Part shown: positions 1 to 10,556 of the stretch, one piece after another
Layout: every line of letters starts with the position of its first letter
Numbering within the stretch: the first letter of the stretch is position 1
NCBI GenBank assembly: GCA_963815455.1
Contig: CAWFGO010000001.1
Location: forward strand, 288,001 to 352,000
From: an uncultured Verrucomicrobiae bacterium
GTDB taxonomy: Bacteria; Verrucomicrobiota; Verrucomicrobiia; Chthoniobacterales; UBA10450
DNA length: 64,000 bases
Reading direction: 5' to 3'
Program-made: the position numbers and the translations under genes
Notes under the pieces: generated by a model
Database searches by the model: none
What the model saw: only the letters and a program-made list of their open reading frames with translations
Told to the model about the DNA's origin: nothing

Positions 1-1
1 G

Positions 2-211
2 CAGATTTTCACCGCAAACTCCGACTTAACGCTGCTGTCGTTTATCAACACGCTGGGCGGCAGCCAAGGGGGTATCTATCTTGACAATGTTTCCGTAACT
101 CCAGTGGGTCCGAGCGTCCCCGATTCCGGCTCCACTTTGGCAATGATGCTTCTCGGCCTCTTCGGTCTCGGCTTCCTCGCTCATCGCTGGCGCAACCCCC
201 TTTGCGCGTAG
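2..211 (+). CDS. C-terminal part of a VPDSG-CTERM sorting-domain protein (truncated by window start)
   Basis: Manual translation of frame +2: ...IYLDNVSVTPVGPSVPDSGSTLAMMLLGLFGLGFLAHRWRNPLCA*; VPDSG motif, TM helix and basic tail. Confidence 0.85.
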   Translation, partial: QIFTANSDLTLLSFINTLGGSQGGIYLDNVSVTPVGPSVPDSGSTLAMMLLGLFGLGFLAHRWRNPLCA

Positions 212-232
212 CGCCACATCGCTTGGTTAGGC
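212..232 (-). mobile_element. Truncated attC (inverse core GCCTAAC plus a few bases) at the distal end of the cassette array
   Basis: Minus strand GCCTAACCAAGCGATG just after the MBL gene stop; complementary to the GTTAGGC that opens this cassette at 1218-1224; the rest of the hairpin is absent. Confidence 0.6.
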
Positions 233-246
233 GCGATTGAGGCAAT

Positions 247-1189
247 CTAGATCTCCATTAAATCTTTGCCGACGACGATTCGTCCGGTGAAGTGTTTACG
301 CACTCCTTCCGTCCACTGTTCGTCGGTGATCGATGGGTCGTCCCCTGGGACGAAGTGTGTAAAGCACCAACATCCTGACTCCAGCTTGGGCGGCGATCTT
401 GCCCACGTCTTCAGGCACAGTGTGGCTCGCCAACAGGTGCTCTCGCAATCTAGTCGCATCGGGCAAACGCCTGACCAGCGCTTCGATACCTGGCGGATAG
501 ATGACTTCATGCACGAGCACGTCGGCAGCTTTGGCGAACTCGGCGAGTTCCGGCGCGTAAGTCGTATCGCCTGAAATTACAACTGAGCGATCCTTTGCAT
601 CGAACCGATACGCGTAAGCCCGCTTGACCAACGGGTGACGCACCAGGCCGGCACTGACTTTCACGTCGTCGTTCTGCAAGACCACGCCTTGCTTACTAAT
701 GTCATGAGGGAAGATCAGTTTGCGTGGGTCTCGGCGGCCCTCGTCTTCGATGCGTACGTCGATGTCGAGTTTCATGTAACTGAAGAAGTCCTGCGTCATT
801 TTCTCCAGTCCTGCTGGGCCGTAAGCGTCAATTCGAGCGGCCAAACCGGTGACCCAGGCGTTATAGAACAACGTGCCGTACTCTAGATTATGGTCGGAAT
901 GATGATGCGTGATAAAGATATAGCGCAGGCGGTTAAAGGGTACGCCAGCGGCCAGGAGTTGGCGCGAGGTACCATATCCGCAGTCGATGACGTAGGGGAC
1001 ATCGTTGATCAAGAGGAGAGTCGAAGAGTTGCTACGACCTGTTGCGCCGACGCGGGGCCCGCCTTTCGTGCCGAGCAGGATGAGGCGCGTCCCTTTCTTT
1101 TCCTGACTCATGCCCAAGCGAGGAATCAAGCCGCACGAAAGCACAAAGCCTGTGGCACCGATCAGGAACTTTCTACGACTCTGTTCCAT
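247..1189 (-). CDS. Cassette gene: Tat-exported MBL-fold metallo-hydrolase (RNase Z/AtsA-like); frameshift near 361
   Basis: SRRKFL Tat motif, THHHSDH metal motif, SGDT, HE, SHT; the C-terminus (THFVPGDDP...GKDLMEI) continues in the frame of ORF 247..510. Confidence 0.85.
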
Positions 1190-1217
1190 AACTAGTAATC
1201 GCGAAGTCAGTCTGATC

Positions 1218-1433
1218 GCCTAACGCGAAAGAAGTGAGCCACCGCCACCGAAGGCGAGCGGGGTCCGTAGTCTGCCTGCCGCGCCGTCTCGTCTCGCCGT
1301 AGCCGGGACGTAGGCGGAAGCTTTGCGAAGGCGGGTGGTCAGCTTGCCGCGCCGAAAAGGGGTGGAGGCGGGTGGTCATGTTGTCGTGCGCAACGCGCAA
1401 CGGGTGGCGGTTCGCTGCAGTGATGGGTTAGAC
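1218..1433 (-). mobile_element. attC site, enlarged (216 bp) by nested REP-like insertions
   Basis: gcctaac...gttagac ends; inner arms ccgccacc/ggtggcgg as in sister attC sites. Confidence 0.8.
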
Positions 1434-1826
1434 CGTTTTGCGTGCCAACAAATATCCGGGCACAAGGGAAACTGGAATAATCGTGAGCACACAGAGGACA
1501 TTGTACCAAACTGGATACATCGACGCGAAGAAAACGATGAGCAGCGTAGAGACGACGCCGAACACAAGCGTGTTGAGCACGGAATGTGGTCGCGACATGC
1601 GAGCAGTGATGTAAGCGCCGAGCAATGTGAAGGCGATGCCACAGACATAACCGATGACGAGAAATAACGGATCGCTTGCGAGCGTCTGTAGAACCGCTTC
1701 GGGTCCCTGACCGCTTGCGCCACGAAGCGCAACGAAAGCGAACGTGACCGCGGCGGAGACGATGATTGTGCCGATGAGGTCTGTGGCCAGCCCAGCGATG
1801 AGAGCAACGATGCGAATGCGCTTCAC
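1428..1826 (-). CDS. Cassette gene: 4-TM membrane protein
   Basis: 132-aa hydrophobic ORF; stop codon lies within the attC inverse core GTCTAAC. Confidence 0.8.
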   Translation of the reverse strand: MKRIRIVALIAGLATDLIGTIIVSAAVTFAFVALRGASGQGPEAVLQTLASDPLFLVIGYVCGIAFTLLGAYITARMSRPHSVLNTLVFGVVSTLLIVFFASMYPVWYNVLCVLTIIPVSLVPGYLLARKTV

Positions 1827-1832
1827 GGTCTA

Positions 1833-2126
1833 GACCTTATGGCTGCGGACGCGGGGTGAGCGAGCGAACGCAGGGTTGAAAAAAAGAGTGTGTTTGCCGT
1901 TCATATTTTTCGCGGGCTACTCCGGTAAGGGAGCAGAGCCGCACGAACGGCCGGCAGGTGCCGGAAGCGTTCCAGTTTTAAACAACTCGAACAAGCAAAC
2001 ACACCAATGAAAAAAGAACTCTATCTTGGGCTGGATGTCCACAAAGACTGTATCAATTCGCCGGCGGATAACGGAGGAAGGGCGCAAGGGGGAAGTAATG
2101 AGAGCGGTGCGATCAGCAACGACCTG
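1833..2126 (+). mobile_element. IS110-family element remnant (5' non-coding end plus transposase N-terminus) interrupting an attC
   Basis: MKKELYLGLDVHKD at 2007, then EEGRKGEV in a shifted frame and SGAISNDL, typical of the IS110 DEDD N-terminus; truncated at ~2126. Confidence 0.75.
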
Positions 2127-2157
2127 CCGAGCGAGTTGGGTAGAGGTGCATCGCCCG

Positions 2158-2829
2158 TCACTGTTTCCACTTCTGCAATACACGATGAACTGCTTCTTCC
2201 ACGACGGCTCGTGCCTCTGATCGCCCGCGTCCCTTCATCAGGAGCTCGTCGTATTTTGTTTCTTGATGCCGGATATGGGCGATTACAGCAAGTTTGACTG
2301 CCGCCTCATCGAGCACTTTGGCGGACGCCGACCTTCCAATTCTCCCGCTATACTTAAGGCAGGCGTGCTCGGCTATTTCTCGTTCTCTTCCGGCAGGGGC
2401 GCCGGGAAAGAGTTGCCTCACTCGCGCCCCAAATGTTTCCACATATTTGCCGTCGAGTTCCTTCCTTCGAATAGCCTCCCGTTCTCTCCGAGAGATTCTA
2501 ACTTCATTATCAGCCAGACATTCCTGTTCCGCTTTTTCCAACCCTTGCGCTTCGACCAACAGTCCTTGCCTCTCGTAATGCTTCCGGGCGCGACTCCATT
2601 TTAGGACCACCGCAACCAGAGTTGAATGTTTGCGGGCGCGCCGGGTCAAGGCGGCGTTTCCGGACGGTAGAAAAACAAGATGATCGAAATCGGCACATGC
2701 CAGGCATAATGCTCCTTTTTCTTCAGCAAGAGTAATCCATGCCTGGCGACCCAAGTTTTCGCCACATTCGCTGCAGGTGGATTCCCGCGACGAAATAAAG
2801 ACTTTCAACTCAGGAGTCAGCTGCCGCAT
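2158..2829 (-). CDS. Cassette gene: DUF2293 domain protein with N-terminal Cys motifs
   Basis: LFPGAP...IAEHACLKYSGRIGRS...AVIAHIRHQETKYDELL; CSEC/CLAC. Confidence 0.85.
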   Translation of the reverse strand: MRQLTPELKVFISSRESTCSECGENLGRQAWITLAEEKGALCLACADFDHLVFLPSGNAALTRRARKHSTLVAVVLKWSRARKHYERQGLLVEAQGLEKAEQECLADNEVRISRREREAIRRKELDGKYVETFGARVRQLFPGAPAGREREIAEHACLKYSGRIGRSASAKVLDEAAVKLAVIAHIRHQETKYDELLMKGRGRSEARAVVEEAVHRVLQKWKQ

Positions 2830-2832
2830 TAG

Positions 2833-2956
2833 GCCTAACGAGACGGAAGTGAGCTACCGCCACCGAGGGCGAGCGGCGCTCGAAGTGAAGAGGTTTTAGT
2901 CATATCAAAATGTGGACGCACGACGGGTGGCGGTTGGCTCGACTGATTGGTTAGAT
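2833..2956 (-). mobile_element. attC site (124 bp)
   Basis: gcctaac...gttagat; imperfect inverted arms. Confidence 0.9.
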
Positions 2957-3208
2957 CTACTGGTTTCGCTCGAGTGCTTTGGCAATACGCTCAGCAAGCT
3001 CCTCCATCTTCTGCATGTGTTGCAGATGGCGCTCTTTTTCTTCACGATGAAGCTTAGCAGTGGGCGACTTAGATTGACGACGAAATAGCAGGTACAGTAT
3101 CGCGAGAAACAGGAGAATCGGCAAAAAACCGACAAGTGTGTCGAGAAGCTTGTTGTCTTGCGACTGCGCGAGCAGTGAGAGCGTGGAGAGAACGTCTGAC
3201 TTAATCAT
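2957..3208 (-). CDS. Cassette gene: small single-TM protein
   Basis: 83 aa; one hydrophobic segment plus a coiled tail; fills the space between two attC sites. Confidence 0.75.
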   Translation of the reverse strand: MIKSDVLSTLSLLAQSQDNKLLDTLVGFLPILLFLAILYLLFRRQSKSPTAKLHREEKERHLQHMQKMEELAERIAKALERNQ

Positions 3209-3221
3209 AACTGTGAAGTGG

Positions 3222-3344
3222 ATCTAACGAGAACAAGATGAGCGACCGCTGACAAGAGCGGGCTGTGCTTCGAGTTTCAGTGTTGAAGTCATCGGAAATA
3301 AATTGTCGCGCCGGTCAGCGGTTCGCTCGAGCGCCTGGTTAGAC
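3222..3344 (-). mobile_element. attC site (123 bp)
   Basis: atctaac...gttagac. Confidence 0.9.
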
Positions 3345-3383
3345 GGCGTCGCGTGGAGTTTCGCTAGATGTAGCATCGGACCT

Positions 3384-3629
3384 TTAGTCTGTCGGAACGG
3401 CGATCCAAAGGACAGCAATTCCGAAAAGGAGAAAGAGTAGCATCGCAGGCCTGGAGAAACGGCGCAGCGAACCATCGTTCCGGAATAACGCTTGGCGAAC
3501 GGGATCACGGCGTCCGCCACGCCAGAGCCAATGTGGTCCAGCATTGTTGGTCCGAGAATCGACAAACAGCAGCGCGAGTCCTACTGCAGCGATTAGAGCG
3601 GTCACGAGCATCTTGGCTTGGACATGCAT
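3384..3629 (-). CDS. Cassette gene: small 2-TM protein
   Basis: 81 aa with two hydrophobic segments between attC sites. Confidence 0.7.
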   Translation of the reverse strand: MHVQAKMLVTALIAAVGLALLFVDSRTNNAGPHWLWRGGRRDPVRQALFRNDGSLRRFSRPAMLLFLLFGIAVLWIAVPTD

Positions 3630-3634
3630 GAGTC

Positions 3635-3757
3635 GTCTAACGAGAACAAGCTGAGCGACCGCCGCCGAGAGCGAGCGCGGCTTCGACTGAAACTGTTTTA
3701 ATCATCTGAAATCTGAACACACGCCGGGCGGCGGTTCGCTCCAGCGTTTGGTTAGGT
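3635..3757 (-). mobile_element. attC site (123 bp)
   Basis: gtctaac...gttaggt. Confidence 0.9.
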
Positions 3758-4408
3758 CTTGGTCGCACGAACTAGAATAAGTTTATTGTGCTCTGGCTGA
3801 ATGGCGATGCGGCCCGGCTGAGTCTCAACGACTTTCAGTCGCTTCGACACCAGCGCCAACGAAGTCGGCTCGGCGGCTGTATAGCGGACAATAGACTGCG
3901 AAGTCGGCGCTTCGGGCGGACGAATGGGATAGTAAGCAGAGACTCCGCCGGGCAAATGCGGCTGAGTGTAGCGAATCGCTGCGGTAAACTCTGAACGAAC
4001 CGCGCGGAGAGGAATCTCAAACTCCAGAAACGCTAATCTCCAGTCCGCCGGTAAGCCGCGCAGCGGCCCTCCGCCGGACGATCCGGTCGGGCGAAAGACT
4101 CGCTTCCCGACGGTGACGGTCGCGGCTGTGGACGACTTGAGCGAGCCGAAGCTCTGCTCGCCGTGGACGATGATTGGGACCTCAATGGTAATGTGGTCGG
4201 CTTTCTCGCCGAGGAACGCATACTCATCCTTTCCCTGGCGAAACGAGTAGGTGCCGGAAACAACCGAATGTGTGGACTGAACGGCGATATCCACCGTTTC
4301 GGCGACCAATGAAATAGTGCGCCGCGTCGAGTCGATTGCGATCGGGTTCGCGCCAGCGAATCCGATCATGCTGATTCCAATTGCGGCGAGCGTAAGGAAA
4401 ATGCGCAT
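3752..4408 (-). CDS. Cassette gene: secreted hypothetical protein
   Basis: Signal peptide (MRIFLTLAAIG...AGANP); stop within the attC core ACCTAAC. Confidence 0.8.
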   Translation of the reverse strand: MRIFLTLAAIGISMIGFAGANPIAIDSTRRTISLVAETVDIAVQSTHSVVSGTYSFRQGKDEYAFLGEKADHITIEVPIIVHGEQSFGSLKSSTAATVTVGKRVFRPTGSSGGGPLRGLPADWRLAFLEFEIPLRAVRSEFTAAIRYTQPHLPGGVSAYYPIRPPEAPTSQSIVRYTAAEPTSLALVSKRLKVVETQPGRIAIQPEHNKLILVRATKT

Positions 4409-4418
4409 AACTGGAAAG

Positions 4419-4542
4419 ACCTAACGAGACGGAGTTGAGCGACCGCTGGCGGGAGCGAGCGCGGCAAACATCAAGAACGGTTTCATAAGATCAAATCTGG
4501 TCATCACAACGGCCAGCGGTTGGCTCGAGCGATGGGTTAGGC
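4419..4542 (-). mobile_element. attC site (124 bp)
   Basis: acctaac...gttaggc. Confidence 0.9.
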
Positions 4543-5048
4543 GAACGGTTCCATGCCAAGAGACCGAATGCAAAAATCGCGGCCCCGGAACCTGCGAAAA
4601 CCAAGAAATCAACGAACGATGAACCGAACGCAAAATAACGCGCCCGGTCGAATTCGAGCGAGGTTTTGCGCGCCCATGAGGAATAGTAATCCATCCACTC
4701 GCCACGCCAGTAGCTCAACAAATATGAATCGGGCGGTGCGGGCCCGAACTGCTTGATCGCTTCCTCGGGAAAGTGCCCATTCATGAGCTGGATGAAACGC
4801 GCGCTGTGAACTGTTTCTGGCTGCTGCGCAGCCCACGACTGGAACTCTGTCTCTGTGGGCAATGTGCCATGCTGTGCAACCCACGAGTCGATGTACGTTC
4901 GAGCGCTCTCGAAAGCCGTTTGGATCTGGCGGCTGTTGTCCAGGGTGTGATCAACCAACGAATTGCTGAGCAGCGTTAGCGTTCCATAGCCGAGCAAGGC
5001 GATACCAACTACAAAGAGGGGAACCGCTATAAACATACGATGTGCCAT
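4491..5048 (-). CDS. Cassette gene: 2-TM protein with WRGEWxxYYSSW motif (reads into the attC)
   Basis: 185 aa; N- and C-terminal TM segments; homologous to 5674..6171. Confidence 0.8.
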   Translation of the reverse strand: MAHRMFIAVPLFVVGIALLGYGTLTLLSNSLVDHTLDNSRQIQTAFESARTYIDSWVAQHGTLPTETEFQSWAAQQPETVHSARFIQLMNGHFPEEAIKQFGPAPPDSYLLSYWRGEWMDYYSSWARKTSLEFDRARYFAFGSSFVDFLVFAGSGAAIFAFGLLAWNRSPNPSLEPTAGRCDDQI

Positions 5049-5052
5049 ATTC

Positions 5053-5159
5053 GCCTAACGATAACAAGATCAGCCACCGAGCGAAAAACCCCACGGACGG
5101 CAAACAGAATCAGCTAGGCGCATCACAGAATCGAGGTTGGCTGCATCGTTTTGTTAGGT
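5053..5159 (-). mobile_element. attC site, divergent shorter type (107 bp)
   Basis: gcctaac...gttaggt; cagcca/tggctg arms. Confidence 0.8.
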
Positions 5160-5286
5160 GGATGCGGTCGAATCAAGATAGGATAACTCCTATGGTATCA
5201 GTAATAGAAGACGGGAACGACTATTTAATTACTTTTATTAAGAGTCGGCGAAAAAGCGAACAACACAAACTCCCTAAAAAAATGTT

Positions 5287-5511
5287 TCAATGTTCAGACA
5301 TGGGTTTCAGAAAATGAGTTTGTCCTTTTTTCGGAGATTTTATTTTACCAAAAGTGAGCGCAAACTTAACTCGTTCATTAAGGACTTTTTCACTGGCTTC
5401 TTTAGAGCCAATAAAACACCAAATACCACCGCCTTCGGGATCGCGAGATTCGTAGGAAAAATCATCAATCTTCCTCCATTTAGGCAGAGTTGGAATTTTG
5501 CCTTTGGCCAT
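5287..5511 (-). CDS. Cassette gene: small basic hypothetical protein (AT-rich cassette)
   Basis: 74-aa ORF in cassette orientation. Confidence 0.55.
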   Translation of the reverse strand: MAKGKIPTLPKWRKIDDFSYESRDPEGGGIWCFIGSKEASEKVLNERVKFALTFGKIKSPKKGQTHFLKPMSEH

Positions 5512-5555
5512 AGGACTTAATTTATGGACTCAAAAATCACGCAAAGCGAGCATAC

Positions 5556-5679
5556 ATCTAACGAGAACAAGATGAGCGACGGCGGACGAGGGCGCGCGCG
5601 GCTCGGAGTGGAAGTGTGGAAGTCATCTCAAAAGTGAATCGTACAGCGGTCCGTCGTTCGCTCCATCGCATGGTTAGAC
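5556..5679 (-). mobile_element. attC site (124 bp)
   Basis: atctaac...gttagac. Confidence 0.9.
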
Positions 5680-6171
5680 CTTTTTCGCGCCACGGAGTAA
5701 AGGCAATCTGCTCACTAGAAGCAATCCCGCCGCTATGGCGATACCGATGACGCCCGGCCAAGAGAAAGCCCACCAAGAAAGCTGATCGGCGAGCGTATAA
5801 TGCCTGTCCCACGACGAATAGTACTCCGCCCACTCGCCGCGCCAGAACCAGAGTACCCAGCCGCCGGAGGCCGGCCAGCCCTGTGGGTAGCCAGAGTCGA
5901 CTCCCCCACCGGCTGTCGTATCCAACTGATAATCGTAATGGAAGTAGCGCACCGGCAGCGCTTGGCTGATGCCCGCGAGCTCGCCGGCTGATGGCAGCCG
6001 GGCCTCTCTGCTCTGGAACGCCTCAATCGCACTGACGCGATCCTGCATGTCCGCCAAGACCAAGCGATTCTTTGCGACCTGCTTTGGACCCGTTCCGAGC
6101 ACGAGCAATGACAACGCCAGCGTCAATAGAGATGCAGCAAAGATGATCCACCGAGCGATGCGTCTTCCCAC
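5674..6171 (-). CDS. First cassette gene: 2-TM protein with WRGEWxxYYSSW motif
   Basis: 165 aa; starts 2 nt after GTTAGAC; stop within the attC core. Confidence 0.8.
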   Translation of the reverse strand: MGRRIARWIIFAASLLTLALSLLVLGTGPKQVAKNRLVLADMQDRVSAIEAFQSREARLPSAGELAGISQALPVRYFHYDYQLDTTAGGGVDSGYPQGWPASGGWVLWFWRGEWAEYYSSWDRHYTLADQLSWWAFSWPGVIGIAIAAGLLLVSRLPLLRGAKKV

Positions 6172-6173
6172 GG

Positions 6174-6191
6174 GTCTAACGAGAATTAGAC
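6174..6191 (-). mobile_element. attI-like site
   Basis: Minus strand GTCTAATTCTCGTTAGAC: inverted L box, short spacer and GTTRRRY, with no attC hairpin upstream; heads the array. Confidence 0.7.
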
Positions 6192-6284
6192 GAATAAACG
6201 TGTAAATGCACGTGCATTTTGAAATGTACGGAGAGAATGCATTTCTGGCTGGTCATATCGTATCGGATTGAGTAGGGGCATTTT

Positions 6285-6485
6285 ATGCCCGAAGTTGAGC
6301 CTCATTATACCCTATCACTCGTAAACCATCAAACCGGCCAACGTCTCCACCTCGAGTTGGTCGATCTCCCGTTTCCGGCCCGGAGTTATCGGCTGCGAAT
6401 AAATGGTGAATGGGCGAGAAAACTGCCCGTAGCCAGCAAGACCGCCGTCCTGAGACAATTGCGCCAGTGGTGGGTGAGCCATTGA
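6285..6485 (+). CDS. Small hypothetical protein, divergent from the cassette array
   Basis: 66-aa ORF preceded by AGGGG; no recognisable motif. Confidence 0.6.
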   Translation: MPEVEPHYTLSLVNHQTGQRLHLELVDLPFPARSYRLRINGEWARKLPVASKTAVLRQLRQWWVSH

Positions 6486-6575
6486 GGTCAAGGCCTCCTT
6501 CGGCCCCCGGGGGGCTCGACCGGCGGATAAAACCGGTTTGGCTTTCGTTCCGGGTTGTGATTGAACTGGGCAAAC

Positions 6576-9359
<2,784 letters not shown>

Positions 9360-9396
9360 CCGCGGATTAGGAAAAACGAACCAGGCTGTTTTTCTT

Positions 9397-9638
9397 ACAG
9401 AAGGAAACGAAGATAACGAAGTAGACAAAGACTGTTCCTGCTCGCCTCGAACGTGCAGAAGCACGTCCCTCCGAAAGGGACCTTTGTTACCTTCGTTACC
9501 TTCTGTTCAAAGCAGACCGGTTTTTCTGCGACTGACATTGGCTTAAAAATGCCCTGCTAGGAAAAAAATCCGCTGAGGACAGCGGACCCTACAATCTTCT
9601 TCTTTCCGACCCCTTCGTTAACTTCGTTTCCTTCTGTT
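9397..9638. repeat. Cluster of ACAGAAGGAAACGAAG / CTTCGTTWCCTTCTGTT repeats with a GTAG-type REP
   Basis: Copies at 9397-9421, 9481-9507 and 9613-9638; hairpin plus ctaca at 9569-9593. Confidence 0.65.
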
Positions 9639-9687
9639 AAAACTAGCCCGGTTCGTCAAAGGGGAGCTACAACTGTGGCAGTTCTCG

Positions 9688-10008
9688 CTAACGCCGCATG
9701 ATGTGAATGGACAGGATGCGGCTTTGATGACGAGCGAGCAGATAATCGATGAAATCGCCAATAATCGAATTCGGTTTGTGACCCAACTTCGTCACCACCC
9801 GGCAAATGAGCGTGCTGCTGCGGCCGTGCCATTCCAAATTGATGGCGCCGTGAGCGGTTTCGCTATGAATCTTGGCCCAGCCGTGGGGCCGGCCGGGACG
9901 CTGGTGCTCGGTCGGAACCAGATTAAACCGCTTAATCTGAACGTCGTTCATGATCTTTTCCCGCAAAGATCCGCGCCCGGACGTGATGACTTGAATCACG
10001 GTCTGCAT
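9688..10008 (-). CDS. Hypothetical protein
   Basis: 106-aa ORF with globular-like composition. Confidence 0.7.
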   Translation of the reverse strand: MQTVIQVITSGRGSLREKIMNDVQIKRFNLVPTEHQRPGRPHGWAKIHSETAHGAINLEWHGRSSTLICRVVTKLGHKPNSIIGDFIDYLLARHQSRILSIHIMRR

Positions 10009-10142
10009 CGCTCTTGTTAGGGTCGATGAGCCCGTGATTTTTGCAATTCTTCTTTGCCGGGGCTAGAAATCATTTGTCCGGATACGGCCGGATGCAATCG
10101 GGTGGACGATTGTAATGCAGCTTTCAAGGCCAAAGGTTCAAA

Positions 10143-10535
10143 ATGAGGGAAGATCGTATTGAGGCTCCATATTCCGGGGGAAAATCCTTGCGCATCCTCG
10201 TTGTCGAAGATCATGGCGATACTCGTCGAACCTTGTCCCGCCTCCTCAGTCACTTTGGCCATGAAATTTCGGTGGCCGACTCCCGGCACAGCGCGCTGGA
10301 AATGATTGATGCGAAGAACTTCGATGTCGTTCTTAGCGACATTGGCCTGCCGGACGGCACCGGTTACGACGTGATCGCGCAGGCTAAACGCAAAAACGCC
10401 ATCAAGGGCGTGGCGCTGACCGGCTTCGACCAGGACGAAGACGTCAAGCGCAGCAAAGAAGCCGGGTTCGATTTTCACCTGACCAAACCGGTGGATTTCC
10501 ACGCGCTCCGCACCGTGCTGGGCCAGATCGCCTGA
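10143..10535 (+). CDS. Single-domain response regulator (receiver)
   Basis: ILVVEDH...SDIGLPDGTG...ALTG...HLTKPV. Confidence 0.92.
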   Translation: MREDRIEAPYSGGKSLRILVVEDHGDTRRTLSRLLSHFGHEISVADSRHSALEMIDAKNFDVVLSDIGLPDGTGYDVIAQAKRKNAIKGVALTGFDQDEDVKRSKEAGFDFHLTKPVDFHALRTVLGQIA

Positions 10536-10556
10536 TCGCGGTCCATAAATCAGAAG

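Noticed and set aside
1218..5679. CRISPR array interpretation of the recurring ctaacgag.../...gttag motifs
   Set aside because: Repeats are ~120-bp imperfect palindromes separated by whole genes; no cas genes; they fit attC sites.
3224..5833. Long ORFs 3224..3565, 4421..4705 and 5558..5833 as real genes
   Set aside because: They overlap cassette genes in another frame; only their last ~22 codons (the attC mini-ORF) are shared.
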